DNA from: an uncultured Methanomicrobiaceae archaeon
GTDB lineage: Archaea > Halobacteriota > Methanomicrobia > Methanomicrobiales > Methanoculleaceae
Direction: 5' to 3'
Assembly (NCBI GenBank): GCA_963826525.1
Contig: CAWGXH010000003.1
Span: forward strand, 96,001-160,000
Length of the DNA stretch: 64,000 nucleotides
The notes beneath the pieces are model-generated. The model was not told the origin of the DNA. It ran no database searches and saw only the letters and a program-made list of their open reading frames with translations. Within the stretch, counting starts at the first letter, position 1, and every line of letters begins with the position of its first letter. The position numbers were made by a program, and so were the translations under genes. Below are positions 22,753-33,002 of this stretch, piece by piece.

Positions 22753-22977
22753 TCAAAGACTGGCTGGTCCGCCCGGGAATTCCGCTGGCCGTGTTCTTCT
22801 TCGTTGTTCTGAACGAATGAACCGCGATGCAAGCGTCAATGCCAGCACGATACCGACAAACAGCAGGACCAACGTGATGGCCAGCTGGCCCTGCTCATAG
22901 AAGAGGTAACCGAGTATCAGCATTAACGCAGAGAGGATGACCAGCCCTGCTGTCATCGGCGTCGATTCTGTGGGCAT
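22753..22977 (-). CDS. small two-TM membrane protein
   Basis: 74 aa, two hydrophobic helices. Confidence 0.6.
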   Translation of the reverse strand: MPTESTPMTAGLVILSALMLILGYLFYEQGQLAITLVLLFVGIVLALTLASRFIRSEQRRRTRPAEFPGGPASL

Positions 22978-23092
22978 GGTGAAGCATTGCTACCCACCCC
23001 TAAAAATCATTATGCACCAGCGGCGGCGTGGTTCTTCCGAACCGATACGTGCCTGCAGGACGCCCTTTTTCCACCCTGCATATCGGGAACGA

Positions 23093-24804
23093 TCACTCAA
23101 AACGTTCTATTCCCGTCTCATCGGGTGACGACAGCCTGCCCTCAATACGGTCGCCGATCTCCTCCTCGGGTTCACCTGGTGCATCGGACAGGATTTCACG
23201 CAGTTTTCTTCTGTCTTTAGCCCATAGCAGCAGAAACGATGCCAGAAAAATCATCGTGTAGCATGCCCAGAATACCGGTATCGTCGTCCCGCTGTCGGTT
23301 CCCCCGGAGAAGAACTTTCGGGAGCCTGCGTACACCGAGAGCAGCATCACTATGATAACGAACAGGTATGGCGTGATCCCGACATACGACGACGTGCCGG
23401 AAGCGGACCGCCTGGCCTTTTTGGGTGTGACCATGAACGGGAGTTTTTTTCCGGAGACAACATACCAGGCGGCGCGGGCGTACACGAAGGCGAGGCTGTT
23501 GAAGATCGTCTGCGTCCGCATAAAATCGCGGAGCGTGTACTGGCGTTCACGGGAGCTGATGCCGAACTGAAGTGCAAGTACGACAACCAGTATCACGATG
23601 AAGATTTTGGGCATCTGCACCGACAGGATCCGGATGCCGAAGAGCAGCGTGATCCCGGGGAGGAGAATGAGTGCCAGGTTCATCCCCCCCAGAAGGTAGG
23701 ACGATACTGTTACTATAAACTCAAGCCACTGCAGGGGCTTCATGGAACGGGGTTGTTTCAGGAACGTCTTGAGTATCGTCACGAGCAGACTGCGTGTTCC
23801 CGTATGCCCAGCGGAGTTGTTGCGTGAAATACGCCGCGAGAGTCGGCGGTGCAAGCCCTTCCGCATACACCGTATCGAGAAAGATTCCCCGATAGCCCTT
23901 GAGATGGAATAAAAAGGCCGTGGCGATATCTTCGGCGATGCACTCCTCGTCCATGCCGCCGATCGCCGAAAGATGGCTCACCCGGAAGAGACTGTTCGAA
24001 CCGGTCAGCATTCCGACACCGTTGACGCTCAGTCCCCGGCAAACATGTTTGTTATAGATATGCTGCTGGTACGAGAAGGTAACGCTCACCGGATCTTCCG
24101 GTTCCGACCTGAAGAATTGCGGCGTCTGAATGAATGATACGGAATCGTCTGCCTCGAGGATCGGGATCAGGTCCCGGAAGATATTCGATCTCACCTGCTG
24201 ATCCGAATCGATGACCAGGATATACTCGGTACCCTCGTCGAGAACGGTGAGTGCATGATTGATCGCCCCTGCTTTAAACCCCTGCCGGTGATCGCGGTGA
24301 ATATAGCGAACAGAATGCGCAGCACAGATCTCGCGGTTTGCTGCCTGAAGTTCCCCGTCGGTCGAGTCGTCCAGAACGTAGATGCCGACGTTCGGGTACT
24401 CGATCTTCGTGCATGCCCGGATGCAGGACTCAACGGTATCAGGCTCCTCGTTATACACCGGTATAAGGACGGCGGTGCGAAACTCGCGTCTGCTCACCGG
24501 TGCCGGGTTGATAACCGGTCCTCTATAGACAAAGAGCGACCGCATGAGATGGTCGGCATCAGCTCACGCCATGGATCGCAGCGAAGAAGAGGGCTGCTAT
24601 CAGGATGCCGGAGACTATCCTGGACGGGATCCACCCTTCGGTGCCGATGAGGAAGAGGTCATGGAGGAAAACGAACAAAAGCAGCAGCAGAAAGAAACTG
24701 GTTAATAGAGAAATCCACGATGTCCGCTTCACGAGTACCCCATCCCCTGGAGGCTGCGGTCTGAATGCAGTCTCCGGAGATCCTGATCGCAGTTGGGCGA
24801 TCAC
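23093..24804 (-). CDS. processive glycosyltransferase family 2, cellulose-synthase(BcsA)-like (two frameshifts)
   Basis: IPVYNE, DDS, FKAGAIN, DSD, QTPQ, AED, QQLRW motifs; TM helices on both sides. Confidence 0.85.
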
Positions 24805-24886
24805 GGTACTGGAGACGGATTGGTGCAGTGTGCAGACCGTTTGAATACCATCCCACTTCTCTGTTATACTTAACGCTTGTGGTCTG

Positions 24887-25150
24887 GATGCTGTGTTGAA
24901 TGAGTCCGGTCATTCGGCCAGAAGAAAGAAGGTGACGGCCGTCCCTGCCGGTCTTCCATGCCACAGACAGAACGCTGGGGACGGCCGTACCCCGACAGTC
25001 GCGACTGGAGTGTGTCTTATGAACGTCTGGTTCGGTGTGGCGAGTTCTCTCTCGCTTGCGTTCATCGAGCAGTAGGACGATCTCCTTTCTGGGATGAACG
25101 TCGGCAAGCGCGGTCGGCCGTACCAATATCCGAAGCCCTGTTCGGGCGTC
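24887..25150 (+). mobile_element. truncated IS5-family (IS903-group-like) element: left end plus 5' transposase remnant
   Basis: MPQTERWGRPYPDSRDWSVSYERLVRCGEF / LAFIEQ*DDLLSGMNVGKRGRPYQYP resembles the IS903-type N-terminus; end GATGCTGTGTTGAAT recurs at 27531. Confidence 0.7.
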
Positions 25151-25194
25151 GGACTTAATACATCCAATTGATAATAGATATAGGATCTTTTTGA

Positions 25195-25280
25195 GCGAGG
25201 GTAGGCTTAGCCCGGCCAAAGCCGGCGGACTTAAGATCCGTTCTCGAAGGAGTCCGTGGGTTCGAATCCCACCCCTCGCA
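25195..25280 (+). tRNA. tRNA-Leu (anticodon TAA), intronless, CCA not encoded
   Basis: Acceptor GCGAGGG/CCCTCGC, anticodon arm GCGGA-CTTAAGA-TCCGT, long variable arm, T arm GTGGG-TTCGAAT-CCCAC, discriminator A; AT-rich promoter upstream. Confidence 0.95.
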
Positions 25281-25317
25281 TCGCGTATTTGGGTTATAGA
25301 CAAGTGAAAAAAATTTG

Positions 25318-25425
25318 ACGCTCACCTTTGGGTATGATCCAGCAGTGGGGGGGTGTCCCATTTTGAGGTAGTGTAACACTCACCTCTGGACATGATCCAA
25401 CAGTGGGGTGTTGCTCTTGAGGTGG
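25318..25425 (+). repeat. degenerate direct repeat, two copies, 58-bp period, with G-strings
   Basis: CTCACCTyTGGryATGATCCArCAGTGGGG...TTGAGGT at 25321 and 25379. Confidence 0.75.
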
Positions 25426-25570
25426 GGAGGTGCCTCCAGGGGGGTTCTGTCCTGTTCTGAAGTGGTTATTGGGTGAAGAGCCTCTGAGGCTAGTCAGTGA
25501 ACTGTTCATAGGCCTTCTTGATGTATGGAGTGGGGGGTATACTGTTTAGTGGCCTCCTAGGTATGAGATG

Positions 25571-25825
25571 TTAACCTTTTGAATTCCTTTTCCTGACCCA
25601 ATCAAAGAAAAGACTAACTAATAAGAAGAAAAGCCCCCCAATTATTGTTGGGATACTATTATCACCCATCATAAGGGATAACATAGTTGAGCCTATAAGC
25701 ACCCCGATACATCCTATTCCATATTCATAGACCTTCTTGTGAATAACCCGTCCTTCAGGGCGGGTTAGTTCACGTTCCCTGTGGCAGACAGGACAAAACT
25801 CCTGGAATACGCGCTTCTGGAGCAT
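25571..25825 (-). CDS. small low-GC membrane protein (CxxC plus 2 TM), possibly a remnant
   Basis: 84-aa ORF; AT-rich codon usage in the C-terminal half. Confidence 0.4.
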   Translation of the reverse strand: MLQKRVFQEFCPVCHRERELTRPEGRVIHKKVYEYGIGCIGVLIGSTMLSLMMGDNSIPTIIGGLFFLLVSLFFDWVRKRNSKG

Positions 25826-25858
25826 TACGAGATCCGCTTCAGCCGATGACCGGGTTCG

Positions 25859-26906
25859 TCACCGGACTCTTTTCCTGAAGATCACCACCGTCGCAATAAG
25901 CCCGATGATGATATTGAGGTAGTAGAGCATGAACCGCCAGAGCGCCACGAAAACACCGACCAACGCCGAGGGGATGATGAGCCCGTAGAGCGTTGCGGCG
26001 CTGATCTCTGCGATACCGGCGGAACCCGGCGTGAGGGGAATAACCTCCACGAGTGCGATGATGAGCTGGAACAGGAACGATTCAAGGACATACGGCTGCA
26101 GCCCAAGACCGAGCAGGATAAAGGAAGCGACCAGAAACTCCGAAAACCAGAACAGTGTTGCGAACAGGAACCCTGTGAGCAGTCCTCTCCTGCCGGCACT
26201 GCTGAACCGGGAGATGCTCCCGGAGAAGTTATCGACCTCACGATTGATACGTACTGCCAGGTCGTCGCTCTCTCTCTTCTCCTCCGAATTGTCAGGGCTC
26301 ATGTGTGATATTCGCGATCGAAGATGCCGCCACAAGGCCAGCAACCGGTTCGTGACGCGCTTCAGGAATACCGGATGCCGGACCAGATACAGAAAGCCGA
26401 GTACCATTCCGCCGATGAGCACGAGGGAGACGACGGAGACCTCGACGAGATCCGGGGAGATTGCCCGGATCCTGTAGCCGAGAAAGACGATTGCGAGAAG
26501 AAAGAAGAGAATCAGCACCACGCCGTCGAGGACCCGCTCCATGATGACGATTGCCGTCGCGTCGCCGACCTTCACATCGGAGCGGGTCAGCTCATGAATC
26601 CGCACGGGCTCCCCGCCCACCTGACCGGGAGTGACCGCACCCGGAATGAGGTTGACCAGTACCGATCTCGAACGAACGAAGCAGCCCGATGGAGTACAAG
26701 AGCCCCCGGGAGAGATACTTTATCTTACCGCCCCAGAACGCCAGCGAGAGGATGCGGAATGCGACGGCGATTACCAGAAAGTACGGATCGAGATGCTGGA
26801 GATAGTAGAGCGTATCCTGGTTGATCGTGAGCAGCAGCACGACAGCGATGATAGCCAGGCTGATAAGAAGGGAGATCCAGAGCCATCTCGACTGTGTGCG
26901 TGCCAT
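25859..26906 (-). CDS. lysylphosphatidylglycerol synthase TM-domain (flippase-like, UPF0104) protein (frameshifted)
   Basis: GGEPVRI, ERVLD, PLTPGSAGIAE, WRFMLYY. Confidence 0.85.
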
Positions 26907-26989
26907 TCGTATCCGTATCCTCCGGCGTCGGGCTCTCTTTGAGGTTCACGCAGCACCGGTAATCACTGCCGTATCCTTCCCGCATCCGG

Positions 26990-27437
26990 TCACGGCAGTT
27001 CATCCTGCCTGACAAAGTGGAGGGACGCCGAATTCATACAGATAGCGCTTGTACGTCGGCGGCGGCCCGTCGTCGAAGACATGGCCGAGGTGTGCGTCGC
27101 AGCGACTGCAGAGCACCTCCGTCCGGGTCATGAAGAGACTCCTATCGGCGGCCGTCCGGACGTTCAGTTCCGAGATCGGTTCGGAGAAACTCGGCCAGCC
27201 CGTACCCGACTCGAACTTGGCCTTCGAACTGAAGAGCTCGGTGTCGCAACAGACACATTCGTACAATCCCTCCTCCTTGCAGTCCCAGTATTTACCGGTA
27301 AATGCCCGTTCGGTACCACCCTTCCGGGCGACGGCGAACGATTGAGGCGTCAACTGGCGCCGCCACTCGTCATCGGATTTGACAACCTTCTCCACTTCTT
27401 CCACGGTGCCTGTTCTGGCATTGTAAATCCTGACCAT
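26990..27437 (-). CDS. msrB: peptide-methionine (R)-S-oxide reductase (1-bp insertion just before the catalytic Cys)
   Basis: GTERAFTG, CVCC, SGTGWPSF, CSRC, HLGHVFDDGP; removing one base restores RYCMNSASLHFV...*. Confidence 0.92.
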
Positions 27438-27579
27438 CTCTCTCTCTGCACCTCAACGTCACGGCTCATCGATATCCTCCCCAACTGATTGGTCACCTCA
27501 ACCCAGCCCGTATATATCATTTTCTTCGGTGATGCCGTGTTGAATAATTCTGGTCACCCGACCGCAAGAGTGACGAGAG

Positions 27580-28162
27580 AGGAGTGTATCAGGCGATCTT
27601 CCCTGACCTTCTTCGCTCCGGCTACACCATCCAGAAGGTCGATCTTGAGTATTTTATCCTCGATACAAAGGATATTCAAGCAAAAAAGGGGGATCGACCG
27701 GTTATGATGGCTAAAAAAAAGTAAGAGGGAACAAACTGAGTGCTCTGGTCGATCAAAACGGCCTTCCCCTTGCCTGCACCGTTTTCCCGGCAAACATCCA
27801 CGATACTCAACTCTACGAACCAACTCTCGAAGCATTCACAATTCCTGAGGTCACAGAGAAACCATCGATAATCTCGGCTGATACAGCCTACGATTCCCGG
27901 GAGATTCGCCAGTACAACCGGAAGAGACGAATAAAAAGCAACATCCCGGTCAACCGGAGATCCCGGATACACCCGAAGCGAGGAAGGCCATTCTGGTTTG
28001 ATCCGGAATTGTATAAAAAGCGAAGCGCCGTTGAACGATTTTTCAGCTGGATCGAGGCATTCAAGAAGGTCGTTCCCCGATACGAGCGATATGAATACTC
28101 ATTCCTGGGACTCATCTACCCGGCATGTGCCATGATGGTCTGGAGAGTTATGGGACGACCTC
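27580..28162 (+). mobile_element. IS5-family (IS427 group) element, 5'-truncated and degenerate copy
   Basis: Closely similar to 28659-29503; YKKRSAVERFFSWIEAFKK..RYER; right end GGGACGACCTC. Confidence 0.85.
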
Positions 28163-28366
28163 TTTTTCAGTTTGGTCTGATATTAGAGCTATGGCATACT
28201 ATTTTTAAATAACACATTGTTGACTGTTAAAATTGTAAAATAGCAGTTGAATAGGTCCGCTTTTCGTTTATTCGAAGCTTTTCGAGGTTGGTACAACGAT
28301 ACAGGGATATTTATATGAAGGAAACAAGATAAATAGAACCAGCCAAAGGCGTAGCGAGGTAACTGT

Positions 28367-28503
28367 ATGCCAACGAGTAAGAAACAATTGGAGAAACTGA
28401 ACAAAGTGAAGAAGGCCAAGGCAGAAGAACTCTCGCAGCAGGCGGCTGCAGGTAGCCAAGCCGCCAAGAAAAAGCTAAGAAGCTCGAGAAAAAGCTCAAG
28501 TGA
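28367..28503 (+). CDS. 45-aa Lys/Ala-rich small helical protein (1-bp deletion near the end)
   Basis: MPTSKKQLEKLNKVKKAKAEELSQQAAAGSQAAKKKL(KKLEKKLK*); TATA atttatat, gaggt RBS, T-rich terminator. Confidence 0.75.
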
Positions 28504-28658
28504 GCCGCCTGGAATTTCCAACTATTTTCATTTTTCTTTTAAGGGCTAATAAAACGAATATCACTATGCAAGTCGCAAAATGCTCGTATATGGAGGGTAG
28601 CGGAAGGCTCAATTTTTAAATTTTAAAAAATATTACTCCGAACATTTTCGATATGATA

Positions 28659-29503
28659 GAGGTCATCCCATAACTCTCCAGAGTATCATTGCACACGCCA
28701 GGTGAACGAGTCCCAGGAATGAACACTCATACCGCTCGTATCGAGGAACGATCTTCTTGAACGCCTCAATCCAGCTGAAGAACCGTTCGATGGCACCCCT
28801 TTTCTTATACAGTTCTGGATCGAACCAGCGTGGCCTTCCTCGCTTCGGGTGTATCCGGGGTCTCCGGTTGACCGGGATGTTGCTCTTGATCCCTCCTTTC
28901 CGATTGTACTGCCGGATCTCATGTGAATCGTAGACTGCATCTGCTGAGATGATTGAGGGATGATCCTGGACATCCGGAATCATGAATGCTTCGAGAGTTG
29001 GTTCGTAGAGTCGAGAATCGTGGATATTTGCCGGGAAAAGGGTGCAGGCAAGGGGAAGGCCGTTCTGATCGACCAGAACACTCATTTCATTCCCATTCAC
29101 CTTCTTATAGCCATCATAACTGGTCGATCTTCCTTTTTTGCTTGAATATCCCTGGTATCAACAGAACAATGTGTGAGATCGAGTTTCTGAAAGGTGTAGC
29201 CGGCACCGAGAAGGTCGAGGAAGATGTCCTGATAGATGCCATGCTCGGCGAGATAGAGATGAAAGCGATGTACCGTTGATTTCGTGCCATATTTTCGGGG
29301 TACGTCGCTCCAGGTACAACCGGTGGTCAGGACAAAGTGAATCCCGTTGAACATGGCGCGATGGTCGGTTCGAGGCCGCCCGATATGGGGTTTCTGGGGA
29401 GGGAGGTGCGGCTCGAGGATCGCCCAGAGATCATCGTCGATTTCCCGGAATGCCATACGGCCTGAGTTTTATTCAAGTGTGCATACAATTAGGGGATGAT
29501 CTC
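28659..29503 (-). mobile_element. IS5-family (IS427 group) insertion sequence, ~845 bp, two-ORF transposase
   Basis: orfA 29097-29456 (DDDLWAILEPHLP, GRPR, TGCTW..VP) and orfB 28663-29100 (ADAVYD, IERFFSW); ends GAGGTCATCCC / GGGATGATCTC; A6G slippery site at the junction. Confidence 0.9.
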
Positions 29504-29710
29504 GTTGATTCGCCGTACTTTGCCTGGATGCTTGTGACGGTCTTCTCGCCATCCATGAGATCTGCCTGGGTCAGAATCACCTGGAGCGGGTGGCGGACGT
29601 GGTCGCTGAGGATGGCGAACTGCTCCATGTTCTGCTCGATCTGAGTATATGCCTGCCGCCGGATCGCTTCGTGGGGCTTCCGGTCAGTGATCTCGTAGAT
29701 GGTGCCGTGG
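29500..29710 (-). pseudogene. C-terminal remnant of a PAS/HisKA-like sensor gene, cut by the IS
   Basis: EITDRK...QIEQNMEQFAILSDHVRHPLQVILTQADLMD...QVRRINEII; same module as at 50080 and 59585. Confidence 0.8.
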
Positions 29711-29895
29711 CCATGATGTCCCTCCTGCTCACCGGAGCGATTCCACGAGCCGCAGACCGCCGGACATAAACGGCAATGGGGATTGTACGGGTTGATGAGC
29801 AGGGGGTGATCGAGAGTGTACCGGGAAAGGCGCCGTCTTCGGGGATCGGGTTCGCAGGGGTAATCCTATGACTGATGCAACCAAATGGAGTTGCA

Positions 29896-30637
29896 ATGAC
29901 TGTCACGATCATCCCGCAGGCTTCGGAGCCTCGGCCTCAACGAGTACGAGGCGAAGGTCTACTCCACCCTCGTCGGGCTCCGGAAGGCCACCGCACGCGA
30001 CATCCACCGGCTGAGCGGCGTCCCCCGCGGACGCATCTACGAGATCCTCCACGACCTTGCCCGCCGGGGGTTCATCGGCGTCGAGGAGGGTTCCCCGAAC
30101 TCCTACTACGTGCTCGACACCGACGAGGTGATCGACCGGCTCAAAGAGGACGCCATCCGCTCGCTCGAAGAGGCCCGCACCGCCCTGAAAAGCCTCGAGG
30201 TCGAACTGCCGGTGACGAGCGCCCCGTGGTTCGTCCTCCGGAGCGACTGGGCGATCGAGAACCACTTCCAGTCGGTCTTCCGGAAGGTGCAGGAGGAGCT
30301 TCTCGTCCTCTGCCGCGACCCTGGGTTCCTGCAGGAGCACGAGCGGCTCTTCAAGCAGCTCCGCCGGCGGATCCAGGTCTCCATCGTCGTCAGCGATAAG
30401 GAACTGTTCTCCGGGATCACCCTCCCGATCTACGAGGCCACCGGGATCCTCCGTGACTTCTTCGAGGGGGATGTCCCGGGGCAGGAGCACGTCGAGATGA
30501 TCGCCGCCTTCTTCATCGACGCGAAGGAATCGTTCTTCATCGGCAGAAACGGTGCCGAACGGCTCGCCGTCATCGGCACGGAACGGGCACTGACCCGCTA
30601 CCTCGCAAAGAGCATCGCCGAGCGGATAGAAGAGTGA
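29896..30637 (+). CDS. TrmB family transcriptional regulator (frameshift near the 5' end)
   Basis: LRSLGLNEYEAKVYSTL...SGVPRGRIYEILHDL winged-helix motif. Confidence 0.88.
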
Positions 30638-30647
30638 AAAATGGGAT

Positions 30648-32954
30648 TCAGGCCGCCGATACCTGCTCGAGCGCCGCATCCCGCTTCCCGGCGAAGCGGT
30701 ACATGAGCGAGAGCACGGCCGGCATGACGAGGATCGCGCCCACGAGCGAGAAGCCGACGGTGATCACCGTCACGATCCCGAAGTTCGCGATGATGTTGAA
30801 GGACGAGAGCACCAGCGCCGAGAAGCCGAAGACCGTGGTCATGCCCGAGACCGTGATCGCGGTGCCGATCTTCTGGACGGCCATCTGGATCGCCGTGGAG
30901 ATGTCCACCCCCCGCGCAAGTTCCTCCTCGCACCGCTCCATGATCAGGATGGTGTACTCCGAGGCGACACCGATCGTCATCGAGCCGAGCACGGCGGTCA
31001 GGGGCGTGTAATCGATCCCGAGCAGGTACATGATCGCCCCGTTCCACCCCACGATCAGGACGATCGGGATAAGGGGTGAGACTGCGTTGATCTTCCGGTA
31101 GACGAGCAGCAGAAAGGCGAGGATGAAGACGAAGCCGAGCACCGTCATCCCGGTCTTGGAATCCTTGATATCGTCCATCAGCCCTGAAAACATCTCCATG
31201 GTGCCCGTGACCTGTCCGTGGACTCCCGCGGGAGGCTCGAGCCAGACGATGTCTTTCTCGATATCCTGCACGAGCGAGCGGGAAGCGTCCATCTCCATGG
31301 CCACCGTTGTAAACTGCAGCACTGCCTCCATATTCCCGTTCAGGTAGCGGTTCTTCGACTCCTCCGGGATCCGGTCGACGACGCTTGCGATCTCTTGCTC
31401 CGTCGTTGGGAGGGACCCGCCGTTGTACTCTGCAATGAGGGTGGCGATACTGGTCACGCCGGTGATCTTCTCGTCCTCGAGTTCGTATGCCCCGAAGGCA
31501 TGTATCCAGCCGAGCACCTCGGGGTCGAGGATGTCGTCCGCCGCGATGACGACGGGGATGGTCGAGGCGGCGCCCATCGTGCGGGTGATCTTCTTCATGT
31601 CGAGCAGCGCCGGCATCTCCGAGGGGACGAAGGTCTCCTCGTCGGCGTTGATGGGGACCCGGGTGTCGAGCTGGAGGCCGACCGCCGCCACCACGCAGAA
31701 GAGCAGGATCACCGGGACAGGATGCTTCGCGACCGCGAAAGCAACTCTGCCGAGCATCGCGTCGTAGCGCTCGATGAGGGACCCGCGGCTCCCCTCCGCA
31801 TGTGGCGGCTCCTGATCGCAGCCCTTCCAGTCGAGCTCGCAGGAGGCGACGTCATCGAGCATGCCGCTATGGGCTTTTGGCCGGTAGTGCATGATTAGTG
31901 CGAAGGTCGGCACGATGATGAGGGCCGCGAGGTAGCAGCAGACCACCCCGATGGTGCAGGTGACGCCGAAATCGGTCACCATCGGCACCGGCGCGAAGAG
32001 CATGGCGATGAAGCCCATCGAGGTCGCCCCCATGGCGATGAGGATGGAAGGGCCGGCGTTCGTGATCGCCGCCCGGACCGCCCCGGCAAGCGGCATCTGC
32101 TGGGCTCCCTCGTCGAGCCGTGAGTGGAACTGGATGGCATAGTCGATCCCGATTCCGATGAGCACCGGAAAGGCGGCGATCACGGTCATGCTGATGTGAA
32201 TCCCGATGATACCCATGATCCCGAAGGTCAGGATCAGCCCGACCGCGACGACGGCCACCGGCAGCAGGCGGTAGCGGACGTGGGAGAAGAGCAGCATCAC
32301 GGCGAGCACCATGAGGAGCATGGCGACCGCGATCAGCATTCCCATCGACGAACCCATCTCCTCCTTCATCTCCGCCTGGAACGCAGGACTGCCGGAGACC
32401 GTCACGCTGACTCCCGGCGGCGGCTCGGAGAGGCTGATGAGCGTCTTGAGCCCGGCGAGCACCTGACTCTGGGTGTCGCTCGAGACCCCCGGTTCGAGCG
32501 TGATCGCGGTGATGGTCATCAGCTGGGACGGCATGTAGCGCATGCGCAGGTCATCGGGGACATTTGCTTCGATCTCCGTGATCTCCGCCTGGGACGACGG
32601 CACCGCTCCGCCGTTAGCAGCCTTCATCAGGGTCACGATGCCCGAGACGCCCGCCACGTAGCGCTCGCTTCGGATATCCTCCTCGAGGAAGTCGATATAG
32701 GCAAGGACGTCGGGACTGATGACGTCATCGGCCTCGAAGATGATCATGATGGCATCGGAGCCGTAGGTCTCCTTGTAGTGGTTGAGCAGGGCACCTCGAG
32801 AGGTGGTCTCGTCGACGTAGGTACCGTCGCCGGTCTCCATCGAGACCATCGTCATGCCGAAGAGCGCGACGATGAAGACAAAGGCGAAGACGCCCGCGAC
32901 GGCAAATGGGCGCGCGGCGATGGCATCCGCGAGAACTTCGAATGGGGATCTCAT
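30648..32954 (-). CDS. RND superfamily (MMPL / archaeal HAE3-like) transporter
   Basis: Duplicated architecture; IGIGIDYAIQF and IGVASEYTI motifs; 12 TM. Confidence 0.92.
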   Translation of the reverse strand: MRSPFEVLADAIAARPFAVAGVFAFVFIVALFGMTMVSMETGDGTYVDETTSRGALLNHYKETYGSDAIMIIFEADDVISPDVLAYIDFLEEDIRSERYVAGVSGIVTLMKAANGGAVPSSQAEITEIEANVPDDLRMRYMPSQLMTITAITLEPGVSSDTQSQVLAGLKTLISLSEPPPGVSVTVSGSPAFQAEMKEEMGSSMGMLIAVAMLLMVLAVMLLFSHVRYRLLPVAVVAVGLILTFGIMGIIGIHISMTVIAAFPVLIGIGIDYAIQFHSRLDEGAQQMPLAGAVRAAITNAGPSILIAMGATSMGFIAMLFAPVPMVTDFGVTCTIGVVCCYLAALIIVPTFALIMHYRPKAHSGMLDDVASCELDWKGCDQEPPHAEGSRGSLIERYDAMLGRVAFAVAKHPVPVILLFCVVAAVGLQLDTRVPINADEETFVPSEMPALLDMKKITRTMGAASTIPVVIAADDILDPEVLGWIHAFGAYELEDEKITGVTSIATLIAEYNGGSLPTTEQEIASVVDRIPEESKNRYLNGNMEAVLQFTTVAMEMDASRSLVQDIEKDIVWLEPPAGVHGQVTGTMEMFSGLMDDIKDSKTGMTVLGFVFILAFLLLVYRKINAVSPLIPIVLIVGWNGAIMYLLGIDYTPLTAVLGSMTIGVASEYTILIMERCEEELARGVDISTAIQMAVQKIGTAITVSGMTTVFGFSALVLSSFNIIANFGIVTVITVGFSLVGAILVMPAVLSLMYRFAGKRDAALEQVSAA

Positions 32955-33002
32955 TGTCTCCTCTTCCGTGGACGTGTGGTCGATCCGGGAGATAGGAACA
33001 CT

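Noticed and set aside
25201-25224. One extra base in the tRNA-Leu D-loop
   Set aside because: The D-stem pairs fully and the extra T is in a TT pair; given the indel rate it is probably an error.
25255-25280. Duplicate tRNA 3' end (attR) marking an intact integrated element
   Set aside because: No second copy of GGGTTCGAATCCCACCCCTCGC was found in the window.
27030-27050. Recoded or missing catalytic Cys in MsrB
   Set aside because: A TGT codon is present one base out of frame; a single-base insertion explains it.
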